Assembly: GCA_035630595.1 (NCBI GenBank)
Contig: DASQKJ010000057.1
Span: 24,820-88,819 of the forward strand
From: Methyloceanibacter sp.
GTDB lineage: Bacteria; Pseudomonadota; Alphaproteobacteria; Rhizobiales; Methyloligellaceae
DNA length: 64,000 bases
Reading direction: 5' to 3'
Shown: positions 1 to 8,090 of the stretch, one piece after another
Layout: the number at the start of each line of letters is the position of its first letter
Numbering within the stretch: position 1 is the first letter of the stretch
Notes under the pieces: model-generated
The model's database searches: none
What the model saw: the letters and a program-made list of their open reading frames with translations, nothing else
What the model was told of the DNA's origin: nothing
Position numbers and translations under genes: made by a program

Positions 1-34
1 GCCGTGCCCCGCCTGTCCAGAGTCGCGGCAAGGC

Positions 35-1192
35 TTACCAGAACGGACCGATCTCCTCGCGCCTGATCAACACCGACCGGTTGACATGAGCGTTGAGCAC
101 GAAGCCGAGGCCCACCATCATGGTCAACATCGCGGTGCCCCCGTAAGAGACCAACGGCAGCGGCACACCCACCACCGGCACCAGCCCTGTCACCATCGCC
201 ACGTTGATGAACACATAGGCGAATAGGCAAAGCCCCATGCCGGCCGCGACCAGCCGCGCGAAGGTGCTGCGGCATCTCAATGCCATATAGGCAATGAACA
301 GCAAGGCGAGAAGATACAGCGCAAGCAGGACGGCGGCGCCGATAAAGCCCATCTCCTCGGAGAACATGGTGAAGATGAAGTCGGTATGCTTCTCGGGCAG
401 GAAATTGAGCTGGGCCTGGGTTCCCTGCATGAAGCCCTTGCCGGCAAAGCCGCCCGAGCCGATCGCGATCTTCGATTGCAGGATATGATAGCCGGAGCCC
501 GAAGGATCGCGTTCGGGGTCGATGAAGGTCAGGATGCGCTCGCGCTGGTAGTCGTGCAGTTTCTCCCAGATATGCGGCAGCACCGCGATCGCGCCAGCTA
601 GCCCTCCCAGGAAATAGAGCCAGCTCACGCCGGCCATGAATAGCAGGCCGCAACCGACGATGCCGAACAAGGCTGCCGTGCCGAGGTCGGGCTGCTCCAG
701 CGCCAGGACCACGGGCGCTCCGATCATCAGGAGCGGCGGCACCACCGCCCAAGGCCAAGACACTTGTCGCGGCGGCAGCCATTGATAGTAGCGGGCAATC
801 GCCAGCACGAGGGCGATCTTCATCAATTCCGAGGGCTGGAAGGAATATTCCTCATAACCGAGCCACCGCCTAGCGCCGCCGCTCTCGACCCCGAAGAACA
901 TCACCGCCGCGAGCAACAACAGCGCCAGGAGATAAAGCGGATAGGCAGCGCGCAGCCACCAGCGAATGTCGACCACCACCACGGCGAACAGCAGCCCGAG
1001 CCCGAGGCAATAGCGCGCGACGTGGCGGCTCGCCCAGGGATCGAGCGAGCCTCCCGCCACCGAATAGAGCGCAATCACCCCGATCATGGTGATGGCGGTG
1101 ACGAGCAGTAGGAAGGGCCAGTTCAGCAGCAGCAGCTTCTTCTTGAGCAGAAGCTGTGGGCGTTCGAATGCCTCGGCGAACAAGGTCTTCAC
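35..1192 (-). CDS. rodA: Rod shape-determining SEDS glycosyltransferase RodA
   Basis: Multi-TM SEDS protein with QPSELMK, GSGYHILQSKIAIGSGG, LPEKHTDFIF and PLVSYGG motifs; GTG start at 1192 overlaps the mrdA stop (GTGA). Confidence 0.95.
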   Translation of the reverse strand: MKTLFAEAFERPQLLLKKKLLLLNWPFLLLVTAITMIGVIALYSVAGGSLDPWASRHVARYCLGLGLLFAVVVVDIRWWLRAAYPLYLLALLLLAAVMFFGVESGGARRWLGYEEYSFQPSELMKIALVLAIARYYQWLPPRQVSWPWAVVPPLLMIGAPVVLALEQPDLGTAALFGIVGCGLLFMAGVSWLYFLGGLAGAIAVLPHIWEKLHDYQRERILTFIDPERDPSGSGYHILQSKIAIGSGGFAGKGFMQGTQAQLNFLPEKHTDFIFTMFSEEMGFIGAAVLLALYLLALLFIAYMALRCRSTFARLVAAGMGLCLFAYVFINVAMVTGLVPVVGVPLPLVSYGGTAMLTMMVGLGFVLNAHVNRSVLIRREEIGPFW

Positions 1193-3147
1193 TCGGGCGG
1201 CTCCATTGCGGCTAGCGAAGGAGGTCCGCCCATTTGGTTGCTCGCGACGAAGGCGGGCTTGGCGGCCGGATCGCGCAACAGAACCTCGGTCATGACGTCG
1301 CGCACCACCGGAGCGGCCGCGCGAGAGCCTCCCCCGCCATGCTCCACGACGCAAGCCGCGGCATAACGCGGCGCCGTGACCGGTGCGTAGCCGATGAACA
1401 GGGCATGGGTCTCGCCCTCCCAGCCCTTGAGCTTATGCTGGTTCTTGGCACTGATGACTTGCGATGTGCCGGTCTTGCCGGCCATCTGCACGTCGGTGAG
1501 CGGCAGAGCCGAGCGGACGGCGGTGCCGCCTTTCTCGTTGACCACGCCGTTCATCCCGGCGCGTACGAGTTCCAGATGGAACGGATCGATGTTGAGCGGC
1601 GCGAACGGCTCCGGTTCGCGATCATGAGGCATGATCAGGCGGGGAACCACGGCGGTGCCGGTCGCGACGCGTGCCGTCATCACCGCAAGCTGGAGCGGCG
1701 TGGTCGACACATAGCCTTGGCCGATACCGCAACTGATGGTTTCGCCGGCATACCAGGGTTGACCGAAATACGCGCGCTTCCAGGCCGTGTCGGGAACGAT
1801 CCCTTGCTTCTGGCCGGCCAGGCCCAGATCGTAAATCTGCCCGAGGCCGAGCTCGCGTGACGTGACGGCGAGCCGATCGATCCCAACCCGCTTGACCGTC
1901 TCGTAGAAATACACGTCGCAGGATTGCTTCAGCGCCTGGTGCAGGTCAATGCCGCCCCCATGCGTCTTCCAGCAGCGGAAACGGCGCCGCCCGAAATTGT
2001 AGCCCCCCGGGCAGCTCATGCGCTCGTGCGGCGTGATCACGCCGTAGGCAAGCCCGGCAAGCCCGGTGACAACCTTGAAGGTCGACCCTGGAGGATATTG
2101 ACCCCGAAGCGCGCGGTTCTCGAGCGGATGGTCACGGTGCCTGGCGACCTCCGCCCACTTTCGCGGATCGGCTTTGAACGACACTTCGTTCGGATCGAAG
2201 GTCGGGTAGGAGGCCATGACGATGATGCTGCCCGTCATGACGTCCATCACCACGACGGAGGCCACGCGCAGGCCCTCGATCCGCTTCAAGGCGATGGCTT
2301 GCAGCTCCTGGTCGATGGTGAGGACCAAATCCTTCCCCCGCATGCTGGGCGTCGCGCCGAGTTCGCGGATCACGCGTCCATGCGCGTCGACCTCGTATTT
2401 GACGGTGCCGGGGTGTCCCCTCAGCGCGCGCTCGAAGCCCTTCTCGACGCCGGACTTGCCGGTGCGGAAGCCGGGCACGCGCATGACCGGGTCCTCCCCG
2501 ACCTCCTGCTTGTCCGCCATGCCGACATAGCCGACGACATGGGCCATGCTGCTTGCATGGTTGTATCTCCGATATGTCGCCCGGTCGGTGCGCACACCCG
2601 ACAGTTGCGGCGCGAGCACACTGAGCAGGGTGAATTGCCGCCAGGTCAGCCCTTCCGTGACCAGCACGGGGAAATAGCCGCTCTGGCGCCGCGCCGCGCG
2701 TATGACGCGGTCCTTGTCGGAAGCCGAGACGGGGACAATTCTGGACACCGCATCGAGCGTCGCAGCCAGGTCCTCGCAGAAGGCCGGGATAACGATGATG
2801 CGGAAATTCTCTTTGTCTTCGGCGATGGTCCTGCCAAGGCGATCGTAGATCGAACCACGCTCGGGCCCGACCAGCTGCATGGTGATGCGGTTTTCGTCGG
2901 AGAGCAGCCGATATTCCGAGGATTCCACAATTTGCAGCTGGCGTAGGCGCCAGAGCAGCAGGCCGAACAGCCCTGCCTGACCTGCCCCGATCAAGACAGC
3001 CCGCCGCGAGAAGCGGTGGCGAAGTCTCACCCCATAATCCGGCGGCTTGGCGTCCGGTCCCCACAGCGCTTGCTTGACGAGGCGGGTCAGCGACACGCGC
3101 CGCGGGACACGGTGGCGAAGGTCGATACCGTAGCTCGACGACTTCAC
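1189..3147 (-). CDS. mrdA: Penicillin-binding protein 2 (class B transpeptidase)
   Basis: PGSTFK (SxxK), QSCDVYFY (SxD) and AGKTGTSQ (KTG) motifs; N-terminal TM; GTG start overlaps the mreD stop; lies between mreD and rodA. Confidence 0.95.
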   Translation of the reverse strand: MKSSSYGIDLRHRVPRRVSLTRLVKQALWGPDAKPPDYGVRLRHRFSRRAVLIGAGQAGLFGLLLWRLRQLQIVESSEYRLLSDENRITMQLVGPERGSIYDRLGRTIAEDKENFRIIVIPAFCEDLAATLDAVSRIVPVSASDKDRVIRAARRQSGYFPVLVTEGLTWRQFTLLSVLAPQLSGVRTDRATYRRYNHASSMAHVVGYVGMADKQEVGEDPVMRVPGFRTGKSGVEKGFERALRGHPGTVKYEVDAHGRVIRELGATPSMRGKDLVLTIDQELQAIALKRIEGLRVASVVVMDVMTGSIIVMASYPTFDPNEVSFKADPRKWAEVARHRDHPLENRALRGQYPPGSTFKVVTGLAGLAYGVITPHERMSCPGGYNFGRRRFRCWKTHGGGIDLHQALKQSCDVYFYETVKRVGIDRLAVTSRELGLGQIYDLGLAGQKQGIVPDTAWKRAYFGQPWYAGETISCGIGQGYVSTTPLQLAVMTARVATGTAVVPRLIMPHDREPEPFAPLNIDPFHLELVRAGMNGVVNEKGGTAVRSALPLTDVQMAGKTGTSQVISAKNQHKLKGWEGETHALFIGYAPVTAPRYAAACVVEHGGGGSRAAAPVVRDVMTEVLLRDPAAKPAFVASNQMGGPPSLAAMEPPE

Positions 3148-3653
3148 GTCCACCTCCGGTACAACGCCGTGCGTTCCGGCAAAAGTCTGCCGCGCCTGAT
3201 CCACAACACGCCGTGCAGCACCACGGGGAAGAGCGCGATGGAGGCGAGCGCGCCGAAGCCGACCGGCCACCAGTCGATCCAACGGAGGAAATAGAGCGAG
3301 GCAAGCAGCCAGCCGAGCACCCCGACCAGGCACGCCACGCCGACCCAGATCAGCCAGAGCCTGCGGCCGTCGCGGCCGTCGGTCAGCGACGGCGCCCGAC
3401 TTCCGGCGCTCGCGGCGATCAGGCACATGAGGGCCCAGAAACCGAGCGGGCCGCCGCTGGTGATATCGGTCAGGAGGCCCAGCAACATGGCGACATAAGA
3501 GGGCAGCACAGTGCCCGGAAGAGCGCGCCAGCAGAACACCATCATCACCACGACCAGCGGCAGGATGAAGGTCGCGTCGGCCGGGAGGCCCCATGGCACC
3601 GCCGCGGCGAACACCGCGAACAGGACCGAGAGAGCTGGCAGCATCCCTGTCAT
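3144..3653 (-). CDS. mreD: Rod shape-determining protein MreD
   Basis: 169-aa hydrophobic protein with LGLLTDITSGGPLG motif, coupled between mreC and mrdA. Confidence 0.88.
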   Translation of the reverse strand: MTGMLPALSVLFAVFAAAVPWGLPADATFILPLVVVMMVFCWRALPGTVLPSYVAMLLGLLTDITSGGPLGFWALMCLIAASAGSRAPSLTDGRDGRRLWLIWVGVACLVGVLGWLLASLYFLRWIDWWPVGFGALASIALFPVVLHGVLWIRRGRLLPERTALYRRWT

Positions 3654-4666
3654 TGCTGGGCTTGGGCCATGCCATCGCTTGGCGCCGCGCCGTCGGCCGC
3701 GCCGGCATGCTTTATCGGCGCGGTCGAGACAGTCTCGTTCGACGCCGTCGGAGTGCCGAGAGTCACCTCGGCGTCGGCGGGTACGGGCGACAGCGGCCGT
3801 TCGGCCGAGACGACGGGCGGGTCGGTGCTGCTCAAGGCAGGCGTGTCGAAATACAGCACGCTCACCACGTCGAGCGCGCTCAACTCGGCGTGCGGCCGGA
3901 CCTTGAGAGCGCCCGGCGGCTCGCTCACGACGCCGACGCGCAAGCCGCGCGGCAGCACCCCGTCGCTGCCGGAGGTGTAAACCTCGTCGCCCGCATGAAG
4001 CGTGGCGCCCGGAGGCAGGAATTCGAGCCTGAGGTCGGCGCCATTGTCGCCGGAGGCAAGCGCGCGCACCCCGCCTTGACCGACCAGCACCGGTATGCGG
4101 CTGTTCAAGTCGTTCAGCAGCAACACGCGGGAGACCGACGCGCCGGCATCCACCGTTCGCCCGATCAGGCCGTCGCCGTTGATCACCGCGTAGCCGATGC
4201 GCACGCCCTGATCGCGCCCGAGATTGATGAGCGCGCTGCGCAGGAAGGGTCCCCGCGAGTCGGCGATCACGCTGCCCGTGATGTAATGCAGCGCCGGCTC
4301 ATCGACGGCATTCAGCAGCGAGCGCAGTTGGGAGACGTTCCGCTCCAGCAGCTTGGCCCGCCACTCCCATTGCTTGAGCTGTTGGTTCTCGGCCTTCAGA
4401 CGGTCGATCTCGTCGGCAAGTCCGGCATAAGAGCGCACCCGGTCCAAGCCCTGGCGGACCGCGACGGCTGGCATCGAAGCGGCTTCGAGGACCGGGGCGG
4501 TCAGATCCAGGAAGCGATCGGTTACCTCGACGACCGCGTCATGGCCGATCCGGCTCAGCACAAGCAGCACCGCGCAGAGGAAGTAGAGCGCGAAATTGAG
4601 CAATTCACCCGGCGCCCGCCAGGATCGGCGTGGCCTCGGCTTGAACGGTGAATTGCGCCCACGCAT
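3650..4666 (-). CDS. mreC: Rod shape-determining protein MreC
   Basis: TM, coiled coil, then GLIGR, SRVLLLNDLNSRIPV and TSGSDGVLPRGLRVG motifs. Confidence 0.93.
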   Translation of the reverse strand: MRGRNSPFKPRPRRSWRAPGELLNFALYFLCAVLLVLSRIGHDAVVEVTDRFLDLTAPVLEAASMPAVAVRQGLDRVRSYAGLADEIDRLKAENQQLKQWEWRAKLLERNVSQLRSLLNAVDEPALHYITGSVIADSRGPFLRSALINLGRDQGVRIGYAVINGDGLIGRTVDAGASVSRVLLLNDLNSRIPVLVGQGGVRALASGDNGADLRLEFLPPGATLHAGDEVYTSGSDGVLPRGLRVGVVSEPPGALKVRPHAELSALDVVSVLYFDTPALSSTDPPVVSAERPLSPVPADAEVTLGTPTASNETVSTAPIKHAGAADGAAPSDGMAQAQQ

Positions 4667-4767
4667 TTCGGCGACGTTCCTAAAGAGGCGAGCGGGCCGG
4701 ATGCCCGCTTCCTCGCATTCGTCGGGAGCCTACCGAGCCAGCAAGCTCCCCTCCCCGTTCGGCCGGC

Positions 4768-5808
4768 TCATGGCTTGACCAGAAAATCCGCCATGGCGTC
4801 GAGCTGCTCCAGGGCCTTACCAGTTCCGCGCGCGACACAGCGCAATGGATCCTCGGCAATCTTGAATTTCACCCCGGTCTCCTGGGAAAATCTTGCATCG
4901 AGCCGATCGAGCAGCGCGCCGCCGCCCGTCAGATAGATGCCGGAATCGCAGATATCGGCGGTGAGCTCGGGCGGCACATCGGCAAGCGCCTGACGAATGC
5001 CGCCGACGATCTGCTGGATCGGCAGGTTCAAGGCCTGGGGAATGTCCTCGGGCTCAAGCGTGATGTCAGCCGGGAAGCCGCGATGCAGGTCGCGGCCCTT
5101 GATGTGGATCGGCATGCGCTCGCCGTTCGATTTCGCGATGGCGCAACCCGAATTCTTCTTGATGGTCTCGGCGCTGGTCGCACCGATCAGCAAGTTGTAT
5201 TTGAAGCGGACATAGTTGACGATCGCCTCGTCGAAGGAATTGCCGGCGCTGCGCACCGAGCGCGAATAGAGCACGCTGCCCATCGAGAGCACGGCGATGT
5301 CGGTGGTGCCGCCACCGATATCCACGACCATCGAGCCGCGCGGCTCCTGAATCGGCAGGCCGGCACCGATCGCCGCCGCGATCGGCTCCTCGATCAGATA
5401 GACCTTCCTCGCGCCGGCGGACAGGCCCGCTTCATGCACGGCGCGGCGTTCGACCGGGGTCGCGCTTGCCGGCACGCAGATCATGATGCGCGGGCTGGTG
5501 AACAGCCTCCGCTTGAGCACGCGGCGGATGAAATGCTTGATCATCTCCTCCGCGGCGGCAAAGTCGGCGATCACGCCGTCGCGCAGCGGCTGAATCGTTT
5601 CGATCTTGGTGGGAGTCCGGCCGAGCATGGTCTTGGCCTCGTAGCCGACCGCAATCACCCGCCGATCGCCGTCCCGCTGCTGGGTAACGGCGACAACGGA
5701 GGGCTCGTCGAGCACGATCCCCCGCCCCGGCACGTAAACCAGCGTGTTCGCCGTGCCAAGGTCGATGGCCATGTCCGCCGAGACAAAGCCCATCACCCGC
5801 GAGAACAT
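4768..5808 (-). CDS. mreB: Actin-like rod shape protein MreB
   Basis: DMAIDLGTANTLVY, EEPIAAAIG, VDIGGGTT and LTGGGALL motifs; start set at ATG 5808 (MFSRVMGFVS amphipathic helix). Confidence 0.95.
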   Translation of the reverse strand: MFSRVMGFVSADMAIDLGTANTLVYVPGRGIVLDEPSVVAVTQQRDGDRRVIAVGYEAKTMLGRTPTKIETIQPLRDGVIADFAAAEEMIKHFIRRVLKRRLFTSPRIMICVPASATPVERRAVHEAGLSAGARKVYLIEEPIAAAIGAGLPIQEPRGSMVVDIGGGTTDIAVLSMGSVLYSRSVRSAGNSFDEAIVNYVRFKYNLLIGATSAETIKKNSGCAIAKSNGERMPIHIKGRDLHRGFPADITLEPEDIPQALNLPIQQIVGGIRQALADVPPELTADICDSGIYLTGGGALLDRLDARFSQETGVKFKIAEDPLRCVARGTGKALEQLDAMADFLVKP

Positions 5809-6192
5809 ACGCCCGCCCCAATCTGGCTCCCCGCAACGAGCCATCCTACGCCACTGAAGTGCGCACCGACCGGCAGCGACTCTCTTGCGACAGGGTATTG
5901 AGTCGTCCGCCGAGCGCGGCGCTATGTTGCTGCAAATCGGAGTCGGGGGCAATGCATCGCGAGGCAAATTTGAAAAAACAATTCGCTAGTACCGCATCTC
6001 GACTGAGAGCAGGACATGGCGGCGTGCAACCCTGCCTTATTTCGCTGCTCGTGCCCCGCCGCCTTGAGAGGCCCGCTTAAGTTTTCGACCCAAAAGGTCG
6101 TACGCCCTTGGATTTCGGCAGAAAAGAAGGGCAACCGGCTTGCCATCGGCCGCCCAGATTTGCGGCAAAAGCTTAGGACTACGGCGGCAGCA

Positions 6193-7773
6193 CTACGAGG
6201 CGAGCATCGTCTCGGGCTTGCGCCTGGCCTCGCGCGCCAGCAATTTATTGAGTGCACTGACATAGGCACGGGCCGAAGCGACCAGCGTGTCGGTGTCCGA
6301 GCCGCGGCCGGTGACGGTCTTGCCGTCGGATTCGAGCCTGACGCTCACCTCGGCCTGGGCGTCGGTGCCTTCCGTCACAGCGCTCACCTGGTAGAGCGGC
6401 AGCCGTGCCTCGTGGGGCACGATCGCCTTGATCGCCCGGAAGGTCGCATCCACCGGTCCGTCGCCGGACGATTCGCAAGTGTGGTGCTTGCCGTCGACAT
6501 CGAGGGTGATGGTCGCCTTCTGCGGGCCGCCGGTGCCGGCAATCACGGTCAACGCCACGACCTTGATGCGATCGTGCGCGGAAGCGATCTCCTGATCTAC
6601 CAGCGCCTCGAGATCCTCGTCATAGACGTGCTTCTTGCGGTCGGCGAGCGCCTTGAAGCGGACGAAGGCGTCCTCGAAGGCGTTGTCGCCTAGCTCGTAA
6701 CCGAGATCCTTCAGCTTCTCGCGGAAGGCATGGCGGCCCGAATGCTTGCCCATGACCAGCGAGGATTCCTTCAGGCCTACGCTCTCAGGCGTCATGATCT
6801 CGAAGGTCCCGGCATGTTTCAGCACGCCATCCTGATGGATGCCGCTTTCATGCGCGAAGGCGTTCCGCCCGACGATGGCCTTGTTGTACTGCACCGGGAA
6901 GGCGGTCACGCGCGAGATGAGTTTGGAGGCGCGGGTCAGCATGGTGGTGTCGACGCCGGTGTAGAAGGGCATGACATCGCCGCGCGTCCTGATAGCCATG
7001 ACGACCTCCTCCAGTGCGGCGTTGCCGGCGCGCTCGCCAAGCCCGTTGACGGCGCATTCGACTTGTCTCGCCCCCGCGATCACACCCGACAGAGAGTTCG
7101 CCACCGCCAGGCCGAGATCGTTGTGGCAGTGGGTGGACAGCACGATGCCGTCGGCACCCGGCACGCGTTCGACGATCAAGCGGATCAGGCTCGCGAATTC
7201 GTCGGGGGTGGCGTAGCCCACTGTATCCGGGATGTTGACGGTGGTGGCGCCTGCCTTGATGGCGGCCTCGACGCAGCGGCAGAGGAATTCGTGCTCGGTG
7301 CGCGTGGCATCCATCGCCGACCATTCGACATCGTCGGTATAGCTCCGCGCGCGGGTGACCGAGGCCGTCACGCGCTCCAAGACCTCTTTCTCGTCGATCC
7401 CCATCTGATATTTGCGATGGAGCGGCGAGGTACCGATGAAGGTGTGGATGCGCCCGCGGGCGGCGGGCTTGATCGCCTCGGCGCAGCGGTCGATATCCTT
7501 GAACTGCGCGCGAGCTAGTCCGCAGATTACCGCCTTCTTGGCACGGCGGGCGATCTCCTGAACGCTGTTGAAATCCCCTTCCGAGGCGATCGGGAACCCC
7601 GCCTCGATGATGTCGACGCCCATCTCGTCGAGCAGTTCGGCGACTTCGAGCTTCTCGTCGAAGGTCATGGTAGCGCCGGGGCATTGCTCCCCGTCGCGCA
7701 ACGTCGTGTCGAAGATGACCACACGGTCGCGCGCTGCGCGCTCGCCGGTGTTAGCTTGCTTGGACTCCATCAC
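6193..7773 (-). CDS. leuA: 2-isopropylmalate synthase
   Basis: FDTTLRDGEQ, HCHNDLG, GERAGNA and HESGIHQDG motifs plus C-terminal regulatory domain. Confidence 0.97.
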   Translation of the reverse strand: MMESKQANTGERAARDRVVIFDTTLRDGEQCPGATMTFDEKLEVAELLDEMGVDIIEAGFPIASEGDFNSVQEIARRAKKAVICGLARAQFKDIDRCAEAIKPAARGRIHTFIGTSPLHRKYQMGIDEKEVLERVTASVTRARSYTDDVEWSAMDATRTEHEFLCRCVEAAIKAGATTVNIPDTVGYATPDEFASLIRLIVERVPGADGIVLSTHCHNDLGLAVANSLSGVIAGARQVECAVNGLGERAGNAALEEVVMAIRTRGDVMPFYTGVDTTMLTRASKLISRVTAFPVQYNKAIVGRNAFAHESGIHQDGVLKHAGTFEIMTPESVGLKESSLVMGKHSGRHAFREKLKDLGYELGDNAFEDAFVRFKALADRKKHVYDEDLEALVDQEIASAHDRIKVVALTVIAGTGGPQKATITLDVDGKHHTCESSGDGPVDATFRAIKAIVPHEARLPLYQVSAVTEGTDAQAEVSVRLESDGKTVTGRGSDTDTLVASARAYVSALNKLLAREARRKPETMLAS

Positions 7774-7889
7774 TCACGTCCTCAAATTTGGGCGCCAGTC
7801 TAGCATGACCGGCAAGCCGCTTGAATTGTCTTGGGATTATCTTGCCACCCCCTGAACGCCCGCCCCGCCTAAGGCGAGACCGCCGGAGC

Positions 7890-7994
7890 TCAGGGGCGTC
7901 TAAGGACGAGGCGCGGCAGCGCGCAAGCTGGCGTGGCCGGAATATGCGAAATCGCGCCGGTCTTAGTCCAGTTCTGAGGGTTCTGCCGCTGCAT
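7890..7994 (-). promoter_or_regulatory. Putative leuA leader peptide/attenuator (34 aa)
   Basis: ATG 7994 to TGA 7890 encodes MQRQNPQNWTKTGAISHIPATPACALPRLVLRRP; all three Leu codons cluster near the end; the stop sits in one arm of the CCCCTGA (7849-7855) / TCAGGGG (7890-7896) inverted repeat. Confidence 0.65.
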
Positions 7995-8090
7995 GGTGCA
8001 CGGAAAATAGTGCGAAGCGCCGACCGGGGCAAGGACTCTATAAGCTCCACTCATGGGGAGGTTCGGCGACGCGTCCGCATTGCCGGCAAG

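Noticed and set aside
1193-3708. N-terminal extensions in the ORF track for rodA, mrdA, mreB, uvrD, prmA, ftsZ, ddl, ftsW and murD
   Set aside because: The extensions overlap upstream genes or promoters; downstream starts give canonical N-termini and coupling overlaps
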